Positions 8,572 through 16,339 of a stretch of 24,000 nt of DNA are shown in pieces. The position numbers and the translations under genes were made by a program. Positions within the stretch are counted from its first letter, which is position 1; every line of letters begins with the position of its first letter. The notes below the pieces were generated by a model that saw nothing but the letters and a program-made list of their open reading frames with translations, was not told the origin of the DNA and did not search any database. This DNA is from Methylomonas sp. (GTDB lineage Bacteria; Pseudomonadota; Gammaproteobacteria; Methylococcales; Methylomonadaceae): positions 10,227 through 34,226 of the forward strand of contig PERU01000028.1 of the NCBI GenBank assembly GCA_002928965.1. Direction: 5' to 3'.

Positions 8572-9488
8572 AGGCGAAGATTTGGGCGGCGTTGTTGGCC
8601 GTTTATCTGGTGTGGGGATCGACTTATTTGATGATCCGCTTTGTGGTCGAGACGCTGCCGCCATTTTTGTCGGCCGGAATGCGTTTTGTGGTGTCCGGCG
8701 TCATTTTGCTGGCTTGGCGGCGTCTGGCCGGCGATGCCTCGCCGACTTTGCGGCAGTGGCGTTCAGCCGCCATTGTCGGCACTTTGTTATTGCTCGGCGG
8801 CAACGGTTTGGTCTGTTGGGCCGAACAAACCGTTCCGTCCGGAGTAGCTGCGTTGATCATCGGTGCCGTGCCTATGTTTCTGGTGATTGCCGACGCACTC
8901 AGACCTAACGGCGCCAGACCGACACTACGCGTATTGATCGGACTGGTCATCGGTTTTATCGGAATTTACCTGCTGGTCGGTCCGTCGGTGTTTTCGGACG
9001 GTATGCCCTTAAACATGTCCGGTGTGGCGGCGCTATTGCTCGCCAGTTTGCTTTGGGCCGTTGGTTCTATCTATAGCAAGACCGCGGATTTGCCGAAGAC
9101 GGCGCTGATGACAACCGGCGCGGAAATGCTGGCCGGGGGATTTGCGTTGTTGGTTGTAAGTGTTCTTAGCGAACAATGGAGCATCTTCAGTCTTACCCAG
9201 GTATCGGCCGACTCATGGCTGGCCTTGGTGTATCTGATCGTGTTTGGCTCGATGATCGGTTTCGCATCTTATGCTTGGCTGCTGCAGAATGCGCCGATCT
9301 CGCTGGTAGCGACGTACGCCTATGTTAATCCCCTGGTGGCGGTGTTTTTAGGCAACTGGTTCGCGCAAGAACCGCTGACGCCGCGCATCCTGAGTGCATC
9401 GACTATCATCATCGGGGCTATCGTATTCATGAACAGATCTCAAGTTTCCAGGGCCAAGCCGGCAGCGGAGCGAGGCGTGAGCAAATGA
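8568..9488 (+). CDS. EamA/DMT-superfamily transporter (YedA-like, about 10 TM)
   Basis: The N-terminus LLAVYLVWGSTYLMIRF and the duplicated EamA architecture are typical of drug/metabolite exporters. Confidence 0.9.
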   Translation: MKAKIWAALLAVYLVWGSTYLMIRFVVETLPPFLSAGMRFVVSGVILLAWRRLAGDASPTLRQWRSAAIVGTLLLLGGNGLVCWAEQTVPSGVAALIIGAVPMFLVIADALRPNGARPTLRVLIGLVIGFIGIYLLVGPSVFSDGMPLNMSGVAALLLASLLWAVGSIYSKTADLPKTALMTTGAEMLAGGFALLVVSVLSEQWSIFSLTQVSADSWLALVYLIVFGSMIGFASYAWLLQNAPISLVATYAYVNPLVAVFLGNWFAQEPLTPRILSASTIIIGAIVFMNRSQVSRAKPAAERGVSK

Positions 9489-9773
9489 TGCATCTCGACA
9501 CAAGTGAACCCACTTGAGTCTCGGCGCTGAATGCAAAAGACGAAATACCATGAGGTTGTGTGCCCATAATCGAACGGTCGATGTGGCAGGTTTTAGCGGC
9601 ACGACGAGTCGAATTAACAAGCTGTTCTGGCTGTTGCCGGTCTTGTTGATGACTGGTATTCGCTATCAGTCCAAAATTTCGGGACGGTGGAAGTTATAAA
9701 AATGTCCTACAAAATTTTTCTCTGGCAAAACGTAGACGACCACTCCGAATTTTCGTTTTTGTTGCAAACACGA

Positions 9774-10190
9774 TCAGGTTTGCCGGACCCGTGCCGCTTC
9801 CTGCAAATCTGCTATTAGTTGCTGCGGCTCTTCTTGATAGCGGCGCATGAGTTCCGGTGGGGCTGCCGTATGTTTGTCGTAAATCACGCTCCAGCGGCTA
9901 ATCTCGAGTAGCACAGGCACCAGATCAAGCGCCTTGTCCGTTAGTTCATAAAACACTTGGCGCTTGTCTTCGGGCTTATGTTTGCGGATAACAAGTCCGT
10001 CCGCTTCCATTTTCTTTAATCGCGAAGCCAGAATGTTAGTTGCGATTCCTTCTTTCGAAGTCATTAACTCCCGGTAGTGCCGTTTGCCACTTAGCATCAG
10101 ATCGCGGAGTACGATCAGCGTCCATCGGTCTCCGAACACTTCGAGGGCATAATCAATTGGGCATCTATTTTCGAGCTTCAAGTCGGACAT
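9774..10190 (-). CDS. HxlR family winged-helix transcriptional regulator
   Basis: CPIDYALEVFGDRWTLIVLRDLMLSGKRHYRELM..GIATNILASRLKKMEADGLV is the HxlR signature. Confidence 0.9.
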   Translation of the reverse strand: MSDLKLENRCPIDYALEVFGDRWTLIVLRDLMLSGKRHYRELMTSKEGIATNILASRLKKMEADGLVIRKHKPEDKRQVFYELTDKALDLVPVLLEISRWSVIYDKHTAAPPELMRRYQEEPQQLIADLQEAARVRQT

Positions 10191-10200
10191 CTGGCTTATT

Positions 10201-10250
10201 TACTTGCGTTTTGCAATTGAAATGGGATAATTAGTTGCATATTGCAAGTA
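10201..10250. promoter_or_regulatory. Nested inverted repeats in the HxlR/MAPEG divergent region (candidate HxlR operator)
   Basis: TACTTGC (10201..10207) pairs with GCAAGTA (10244..10250). An inner TTGCA-TAT-TGCAA lies at 10235..10247, and TTGCAATTG at 10211..10219. Confidence 0.25.
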
Positions 10251-10298
10251 TATCAACCGGGGCTCATTCCGCAAACCACGTTCATAAGGAAATCGTAT

Positions 10299-10847
10299 AT
10301 GTCGCCAATAAATTCTACTGCCACCAATATCTCGTTGCTGCGGATTTACACAGCTCCTTGCATCATTGTCGGCTCGGTCGTAGCTTGGTTATTCTGGCTA
10401 TTAGCCGGTGAACATCACTCTGTGCGACCGGAGTTGCTTGTTTCTCCCATGGCTGCGCTCTTTACGCTGACGGCTTTGGTATGGCTGATTATGGTCGTCG
10501 CACGCAATGTTGCCGTGATTCGTGGATATGCATCTCTCGGATATTTTGCGGATTACAAGTCGAATATTCCGGTTGATGATCGATTCGAGCGTCCGGCTCG
10601 AACGTTCAATAATCTAATGCAAGTTCCAGCGCTTTTTTATGTGATTTGCCTATTGATGCTTGTAGTGAAAGAATCGGACAACGTTCAACTTTTACTTGCC
10701 TGGGCTTTTGTTGTACTCAGATGTATCCATGCCATTATCTATATGGCGGTAAACTGGGTGCCGTATCGCTTCGCGACTTGGGCTTCAAGCTGCATTATTC
10801 TGGGCACGCTTTGGTTTCGCTTTGTGACGGTGGTTGGATTTGGCTAA
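10299..10847 (+). CDS. MAPEG family membrane protein
   Basis: The pattern ..FERPARTFNNLMQVPALFYV.. and a 4-TM layout. I chose the ATG at 10299 (AAGGA upstream) over the track's TTG at 10242. Confidence 0.8.
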   Translation: MSPINSTATNISLLRIYTAPCIIVGSVVAWLFWLLAGEHHSVRPELLVSPMAALFTLTALVWLIMVVARNVAVIRGYASLGYFADYKSNIPVDDRFERPARTFNNLMQVPALFYVICLLMLVVKESDNVQLLLAWAFVVLRCIHAIIYMAVNWVPYRFATWASSCIILGTLWFRFVTVVGFG

Positions 10848-11054
10848 GTGTGGATGGAATCCAGGCGGATTGATGACCGTTAGAAATTAGTCCAGTGTTC
10901 CTGTATTGCTTGCGAAAATCAGTGTCATTTTCCAGCTGGACTGCGCCGTCAATTAGATCAGGGGTTCCCGATCGCTGAAAGACGCTTTACAGGTCCGAAG
11001 TTCGTTTCCGCAGCGATCACAGGAATTCGGTAATCTGATTCGACCGCGTGGCTT

Positions 11055-11765
11055 TTATAAAAAACCGAGCATCGCCGCTTTGACGGCTGCCGAGGTTTTG
11101 TTGGCCGCATTCAATTTCGTCGCGGCATTGCTGATATGAAAATTAACGGTCCGCTCGGTTATTTTCATGATGCTGGCTATTTCGCCAGAAGTCTTGCCAT
11201 CGGCAGTCCAGCGTAATACCGCAATCTCGCGGTTCGATAATTTCGTATCCGCTTCCGGCAGCAATTTTGGCAACAAGCGGCGCGACAAGGCAATATGCGC
11301 ATTTTGGGTCAACCAAGCCATTTTGAAAGCCTTGGCTGCAATCTCGGTTTCGCTAAGCGGCTCATCTGATCGCGCTAACGTGAGCATGCCGGTTGCGCCA
11401 TGGACATCCCGCATGGATTGCGCCCAACCATAACGCAAACCGAACGAACGCGCTTCCTCCCAAAACTCCGCCGTTGAAGCGAACAAACCGTCCGTCCAAA
11501 GGATAGGCTGAGGCGAACGCAGGGCGTGTTTGACGGTGGGGTCGATCGCACAATAGTTTTTTGTCTGATACTGCGCTTGCCAAGCCGTTGGATAATTACT
11601 CTTTTTCACGATCTTCGGATTGCTCAGCGGCAGCGCCAACCTAAGTCCATAGGCGCAGTAATCAAAACCCAATTCAGTACCTAACGCAGCAATGGTTTGA
11701 AAAAGCTTATGTTCACTATCGCTAGTTTGCAACGCTTGAAGTTGAATTTCTTGCCAGGCTTTCAT
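11055..11765 (-). CDS. LuxR-family quorum-sensing receptor: autoinducer-binding domain plus C-terminal LuxR HTH
   Basis: Ligand-domain hallmarks W..Y........DP (AWQAQYQTKNYCAIDP), ILWTD and GMLTLAR. HTH LSNREIAVLRWTADGKTSGEIASIMKITERTVNFHISN. Confidence 0.9.
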   Translation of the reverse strand: MKAWQEIQLQALQTSDSEHKLFQTIAALGTELGFDYCAYGLRLALPLSNPKIVKKSNYPTAWQAQYQTKNYCAIDPTVKHALRSPQPILWTDGLFASTAEFWEEARSFGLRYGWAQSMRDVHGATGMLTLARSDEPLSETEIAAKAFKMAWLTQNAHIALSRRLLPKLLPEADTKLSNREIAVLRWTADGKTSGEIASIMKITERTVNFHISNAATKLNAANKTSAAVKAAMLGFL

Positions 11766-11869
11766 GGGCTTACCGTCGTTAAATCTGTTCGACAGCTTAT
11801 CCTAAAGGGTGAACACCCGGAAACACTATGTCCGGAATATTTAGCGGAAGAGCAGAATGGCGATATAGG

Positions 11870-11885
11870 CTGTCAATATTGACAG
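11870..11885. promoter_or_regulatory. Perfect 16-bp palindrome CTGTCAATATTGACAG (CT-N12-AG, lux-box type)
   Basis: Read directly. It lies in the 295-bp region between luxR (start 11765, minus) and the gene at 12061 (plus). TTTAAT lies 23 nt downstream (11909..11914). A near-identical copy is at 17259. Confidence 0.55.
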
Positions 11886-12060
11886 TTGTTGGGCGATTGC
11901 AATTAGCGTTTAATTTATTCGATATGTCCTGTATTTTGTCTTTAAGCCATTGTTCTTTTTTGACCGTTAAGCCACACCCTATGACTCCTGATATTTTCAT
12001 TGCCGATACCGACGCGGAAATTCAAATTGCCGACCATTACTTTCAACACTTAGCTTTGCA

Positions 12061-13161
12061 ATGAAAATATTGGCTTTATCGGGCAGTTTGCGGGCGGCTT
12101 CCATCAATTCCGCCGTGCTTCGCATCGTAAGGTCTTTGGCACCGAACTCGATCGAAGTCCGTCTGTTTTCCGGGCTTGGCGACTTGCCTTTATACAATCC
12201 GGATTTAGAAAGCGCGCCTCCGTCCGTCGCGGCGCAATTACGCAATGAAGTGGCCACAGCGGATGCCTTGCTGATTGCCAGCCCGGAATACGCCCACGGC
12301 GTCACCGGCACCATCAAAAACGCGTTGGATTGGTTGGTAGCGTTCGAAGACTTTGTTGACAAACCGGTGGCGGTATTGAACGCGACGCCGCGCGCCCATC
12401 ATGCCGACGCCGCACTCCGGGAAACCTTGATCACCATGTCGGCCACGCTAATCGAAACGGCATCGATCACCTTGCCGTTGCCGAGCGCGAATATCGGCGA
12501 AGCAGACCTGCTGGCTGCGCCGGAAATAGTCTCTTTACTTACCGACGTATTAGTGGAAATCGAACGCGCGGCGATGAAGCCATATCTGAACAGTAGCCTT
12601 TATATCGATAGCCAACATCCCGCCATCGTCGCGCAAGCCGCCAAGTTGGCGGACGGTTGCGCCGATGAGGAAGAAATCGCCAAACGCTGTTTCGAATTCG
12701 TCCGCGACGAGATCAAGCATAGTTGGGACTACCGACTGAATCCCGTGACCTGTAAAGCCTCCGAGGTGTTAATCCACGGCACCGGCTATTGTTATGCCAA
12801 AAGCCATTTGTTGGCAGCGCTGTTGCGTGCCAACGGCATTCCGGCCGGGCTTTGTTACCAGCGGTTGACGATAGACGGTGACCAGCCCCCTTATTGCCTG
12901 CACGGTTTGAACGCGGTTTACCTCCAGCAATATGGCTGGTACCGGATCGATGCGCGCGGCAATAGGCCCGGCGTAGAGGCGGATTTTTGCCCGCCGCTGG
13001 AGAAATTGGCGTTTCCGATCGTTAATCCTTTGGAACAAGATTTACCAGGCATCCGGGCTGAGCCCCTGCCGGCCGTCGTCAAAGTCCTAACCGAACACCA
13101 AACTATCGAGCAGGTTTATAACAACTTGCCGGACGTTGACCTTCAAAATCATACGGTCTAA
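12061..13161 (+). CDS. Single ORF with two parts: an NADPH-dependent FMN reductase domain (aa 1-171) and a transglutaminase-like Cys-protease-fold domain (aa 172-366)
   Basis: N-terminal part: MKILALSGSLRAASINS..IASPEYAHGVTGTIKNALDWL. C-terminal part: GTGYCYAKSHLLAALLRANGIPA (Cys), LHGLNAVY (His), YRIDARG (Asp). An internal ATG at 12574 (MKPYLNSS..) is where stand-alone transglutaminase-like proteins typically start. Confidence 0.8.
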   Translation: MKILALSGSLRAASINSAVLRIVRSLAPNSIEVRLFSGLGDLPLYNPDLESAPPSVAAQLRNEVATADALLIASPEYAHGVTGTIKNALDWLVAFEDFVDKPVAVLNATPRAHHADAALRETLITMSATLIETASITLPLPSANIGEADLLAAPEIVSLLTDVLVEIERAAMKPYLNSSLYIDSQHPAIVAQAAKLADGCADEEEIAKRCFEFVRDEIKHSWDYRLNPVTCKASEVLIHGTGYCYAKSHLLAALLRANGIPAGLCYQRLTIDGDQPPYCLHGLNAVYLQQYGWYRIDARGNRPGVEADFCPPLEKLAFPIVNPLEQDLPGIRAEPLPAVVKVLTEHQTIEQVYNNLPDVDLQNHTV

Positions 13162-13172
13162 CAGAAGCGAAT

Positions 13173-13715
13173 ATGGCCAGAAATATTGAAATCAAAGCGC
13201 GAATCGACAGCGTCCAATCATTATGGCCGCTGGTGGTCAATATTGCCGATGAAGGGCCCAGCGAAATCATCCAAGACGATACCTTTTTTCCTTGCGCTAA
13301 TGGCAGACTGAAACTTCGTGCCTTCTCCGATCATGATGGACAGCTGATTTTCTATCAGCGCCCCGACAGCGCAGGTCCAAAGCAGTCTTTTTATGTGATT
13401 TCGCCCACCGCATCGCCGGATACGCTCCGGCAGAGCTTGACGCTTGCTTATGGTGAAAGCGGTAGGGTGCGAAAACACCGCACATTGTTTATGGTCGGCA
13501 GAACCCGAGTGCACTTGGATAAAGTGGAAGGGCTGGGTGATTTTTTGGAATTAAAAGTGGTGCTGGCTGAAAATGAACCTAGCGAAGCCGGTGTGTCCAT
13601 TGCCCATGAATTACTGGAAAAACTGGGTATCAGTCATTATCAGCTAATAGAAGATGCCTACGTCGATTTGCTCGCAAAATTGCCAAGCGCAACAAGGCAA
13701 ACTGTCGACAACTAA
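13173..13715 (+). CDS. CYTH domain protein (class IV adenylate cyclase / triphosphate tunnel metalloenzyme family)
   Basis: The N-terminal NIEIKAR motif, a size of about 180 aa, and the later ..RTRVHLDKVEGLGDFLELKVV.. pattern. It starts 11 nt after the upstream stop. Confidence 0.8.
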   Translation: MARNIEIKARIDSVQSLWPLVVNIADEGPSEIIQDDTFFPCANGRLKLRAFSDHDGQLIFYQRPDSAGPKQSFYVISPTASPDTLRQSLTLAYGESGRVRKHRTLFMVGRTRVHLDKVEGLGDFLELKVVLAENEPSEAGVSIAHELLEKLGISHYQLIEDAYVDLLAKLPSATRQTVDN

Positions 13716-13744
13716 CAACGCTATTTGTCTTGTATTGAGAAATT

Positions 13745-14086
13745 ATGATTGAAAAAATATTCAAGCTGTCAGAGAGCATTCGCTACGTCGCTATCTACCA
13801 GGATGGTCAGCTAGAGTCGAAAGCAAAATCGAATATGTTGGACGCCAGCAGTTCGGAGAGCGATAGATATGAAGAGCTGTTGGTCAATCCAACTTTGCTT
13901 AAATTGGCCTCGCAACGAGGCAACATCGACTGTGGCGGTTTGGAATACCTGCTTGTGCGCTATGGAAACTTTTTCCAGTTTGTATGCCCCATCAGCTCAG
14001 GTCATCTATCGGTGTGCATAGAACCAGATGCGGATCCCATTGAAATAGGTACGAAAATCAAGTTCCTGGTACACAGCGACTCATGA
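13745..14086 (+). CDS. Hypothetical protein (113 aa); weak roadblock/LC7-like impression only
   Basis: An ORF with coding-like composition that starts 29 nt after the CYTH stop. I recognise no motif firmly. Confidence 0.55.
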   Translation: MIEKIFKLSESIRYVAIYQDGQLESKAKSNMLDASSSESDRYEELLVNPTLLKLASQRGNIDCGGLEYLLVRYGNFFQFVCPISSGHLSVCIEPDADPIEIGTKIKFLVHSDS

Positions 14087-14148
14087 CATGCTGAATTTTG
14101 AGGCCAAAACCGCAGCCCCTTTATCTAGCATTGTACTTTAACAGCGCT

Positions 14149-14162
14149 TGCCAACATTGGCA
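14149..14162. promoter_or_regulatory. Palindrome TGCCAA-CA-TTGGCA upstream of the thioesterase/cupin pair
   Basis: Read directly; 6-bp perfect arms. It ends 38 nt before the ATG at 14201. Confidence 0.25.
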
Positions 14163-14200
14163 GCCCACTTAATTTGAACATCTCTCGGAGAGAATCAACC

Positions 14201-14632
14201 ATGGACGTCTCGCAATTACCCTTCAATCGGCTTATCGGACTGGAGCTCGCCAATCCGGATAGCGGCTTTTTAGTTTGCTTGCCCGATAAACTGCAATACA
14301 CCAATCATCTCGGCACCGTTCATGGCAGTGCCTTATTAGCGGTTGCCGAGGCGGGCTCCGGTGCATTCCTTTCGCAACACTTTACTAACGAAACCGGAGT
14401 GATTCCGGTCGTGAGAAAACTTGAAGCCAAGTTCCGTAAGCCTGCATCGGGTGAGGTATCCGCCCGATGCGAAGTAGCCTCTGACGAACTTGTCCGCTGG
14501 TCGACCGAGTTCGCGTCTCGCGGGCGGGTATCAGCATCTATCCCGGTAGAGGTTATCGATGGAACCGGTGCTGTAGTCCTGTCTGCAACGGTCGAGTGGT
14601 TTATCGTCCGCGATACCCCCAATTTACCTTAG
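14201..14632 (+). CDS. Hotdog-fold thioesterase (PaaI/DUF4442-like)
   Basis: ..NHLGTVHGSALLAVAEAGSGAFL.. is typical of PaaI-type thioesterases. I chose the ATG at 14201 (GGAGAG upstream) over 14174. Confidence 0.8.
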   Translation: MDVSQLPFNRLIGLELANPDSGFLVCLPDKLQYTNHLGTVHGSALLAVAEAGSGAFLSQHFTNETGVIPVVRKLEAKFRKPASGEVSARCEVASDELVRWSTEFASRGRVSASIPVEVIDGTGAVVLSATVEWFIVRDTPNLP

Positions 14633-14638
14633 GCCATT

Positions 14639-14980
14639 ATGCAAGCAATCGACCGTTCATCCGCCGAACACTACCATTGGGGCGATGCCTGCGACGGCTG
14701 GCATCTGGTGAAACGAGCCGACATGTCGGTTATCTCCGAACGCGTGCCGCCCGGCGCAAGCGAAGTACGTCATTTTCATGCAAGCGCTCGCCAATTTTTC
14801 TACATTTTGCGAGGGGATGCCATCATGGAAATAAACGGCAAACGCATCCAGCTATCCGAAGGGCAAGGCATTGAGGTGGCTCCCGGTACGCCACACCAAT
14901 TCAGGAATGAATCGAGTGCTGACGTCCAGTTCCTGGTGATCTCTCATCCGGCTACACAAGGTGACCGTGTAGAGGTTTAA
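14639..14980 (+). CDS. Cupin domain protein
   Basis: Cupin motifs ..EVRHFHASARQFFYILRG.. and ..GTPHQFRN.. It starts 6 nt after the thioesterase stop. Confidence 0.85.
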   Translation: MQAIDRSSAEHYHWGDACDGWHLVKRADMSVISERVPPGASEVRHFHASARQFFYILRGDAIMEINGKRIQLSEGQGIEVAPGTPHQFRNESSADVQFLVISHPATQGDRVEV

Positions 14981-15038
14981 CATGATGCTCAAATGTAACG
15001 CCAGCGCCTTAGTTCCTGGTTATATTGCAAGTTAAGTG

Positions 15039-15599
15039 ATGGAAGTTACCTTAATCAGGCACGGTAAACCGACGTTCGAATTAAAAGGTAAAGCCAAAGC
15101 GCGGGACGTTGGCGAGATTATCAGCCGTTATGATTTATCCGGTATAGAAGACGAACCGCCGGAAAACGCCAAGCAGCTCGCATCGGCATGCCATGTTGCC
15201 GTTTGTAGTGATTTTACTCGTTCTTTAGAGTCGGCCAAGGCACTGGGCTTTAGCGATATTTTACTGAGCGACTCAGTGTTTCGGGAAATTGCCGCACCTC
15301 ATTTCAAGACGGGTTCGTTGACTATGTCGGTTGGTGCCTGGGGGGTACTGTTGCGGTGTCTGTCGGTGATTGGATTCTCGCGAAACGGTGAGTCACTCGC
15401 AATGGCAAAAAAGAGGGCGCAAGTTGCGGCATCGACATTAATAGACATGGCGTATGAGCATAAAAGCGTTTTGTTGGTGGGCCATGGTTTCGTTAATTAC
15501 TTCATAGCCCAGGAGTTGTTAGCCAGAAACTGGGTTGGTCCCTCAAAGCCGGGCGGCGGCTATTGGGAATATGGGGTATATCAATATCATGCTACATAA
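15039..15599 (+). CDS. Histidine phosphatase (phosphoglycerate mutase) family protein
   Basis: An N-terminal RHG motif (LIRHGKP) and a late GHG (LLVGHGF). Confidence 0.8.
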   Translation: MEVTLIRHGKPTFELKGKAKARDVGEIISRYDLSGIEDEPPENAKQLASACHVAVCSDFTRSLESAKALGFSDILLSDSVFREIAAPHFKTGSLTMSVGAWGVLLRCLSVIGFSRNGESLAMAKKRAQVAASTLIDMAYEHKSVLLVGHGFVNYFIAQELLARNWVGPSKPGGGYWEYGVYQYHAT

Positions 15600-15669
15600 C
15601 ATGATGTGTGGATGGAACCCTTGTTGTTCGCCTCTTATCTCTATTTTAGAAACCACATAGATTTCGCGT

Positions 15670-16287
15670 ATGAATGAATTCTTTTTTTCGGCTCTTTCGT
15701 TTGGGCTTGCTGCCGGGCTAAAACCCGGTCCACTTGGAATCGTCGTTATCCAACAAACATTGACCAAAGGACTGCTAAGCGGCTTTCGTGCTAGCTTGGC
15801 CCCTCTGATTACAGACGGCCCGATCATCATCGTAGCGCTATGGTTGCTTTCCAGCTTCAAAAGCATCAACTTGTTTGCCGCAACCCTGAGCCTGATTGGG
15901 GGCATATATTTGATCTATCTGGCTCGGAAAATATTGTCCGTTAAGGAAATAGTTTTGGCCGGAAAGCTCGAAAAAGAAAGTTCGCTTTCTCAAGCCGTGA
16001 AAGTCAACCTGCTGAACCCAAGCCCTTATCTCTTTTGGTTTACGGTGGGTGGTGCTTACATTCTGCGGGGAGATGCGGCGCAGAGTACGGTCTTTGTGAC
16101 CACCGCCATATTAACTCTCATCGCGTCAAAATTTGCCGTTGCTTTACTGGCGGCCTTTTTCAGGCCAGCCCTGGAGAGCCGCGGCTATGTACTGGTTATG
16201 AAAGTATTGGCCTTAACGATGGCTGTTTTCAGTTTGGTGTCTGTCCATCAGGCTTATGTGCTGGCGCAGAATAGCTTTGGTTTCTAA
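15670..16287 (+). CDS. LysE/RhtB family amino-acid (small-molecule) exporter
   Basis: GLKPGP near the N-terminus, NLLNPSPYLFW in the middle, and a 6-TM layout. Confidence 0.85.
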   Translation: MNEFFFSALSFGLAAGLKPGPLGIVVIQQTLTKGLLSGFRASLAPLITDGPIIIVALWLLSSFKSINLFAATLSLIGGIYLIYLARKILSVKEIVLAGKLEKESSLSQAVKVNLLNPSPYLFWFTVGGAYILRGDAAQSTVFVTTAILTLIASKFAVALLAAFFRPALESRGYVLVMKVLALTMAVFSLVSVHQAYVLAQNSFGF

Positions 16288-16339
16288 CATGTTGTCCTAA
16301 GGATTGCACTCCATCACTTCGCATTAGAATTCAAAAAGC

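Noticed and set aside
9489-9773. ORF 9514..9699 (61 aa, one hydrophobic segment) and a CAAGTG-N4-CACTTG hairpin in the convergent gap between the EamA and HxlR genes.
   Set aside because: The ORF has no SD and no recognisable family. The hairpin lacks a U-tract. The evidence is insufficient to call a gene or a terminator.
10848-11054. Possible luxI remnant in the gap downstream of luxR.
   Set aside because: Translating the frames I checked by eye gave only short stop-interrupted peptides, with nothing LuxI-like.
14088-15660. Small ORFs starting at the ATG 1 nt after the stop in the recurring motif: 14088..14141 (17 aa), 14982..15035 (17 aa, ending right at the next gene's GTG) and 15601..15660 (MMCGWNPCCSPLISILETT).
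   Set aside because: They have no SD sequences and no similarity to each other, and the fourth case encodes only 3 codons. I keep them as a possible explanation of the motif, not as gene calls.
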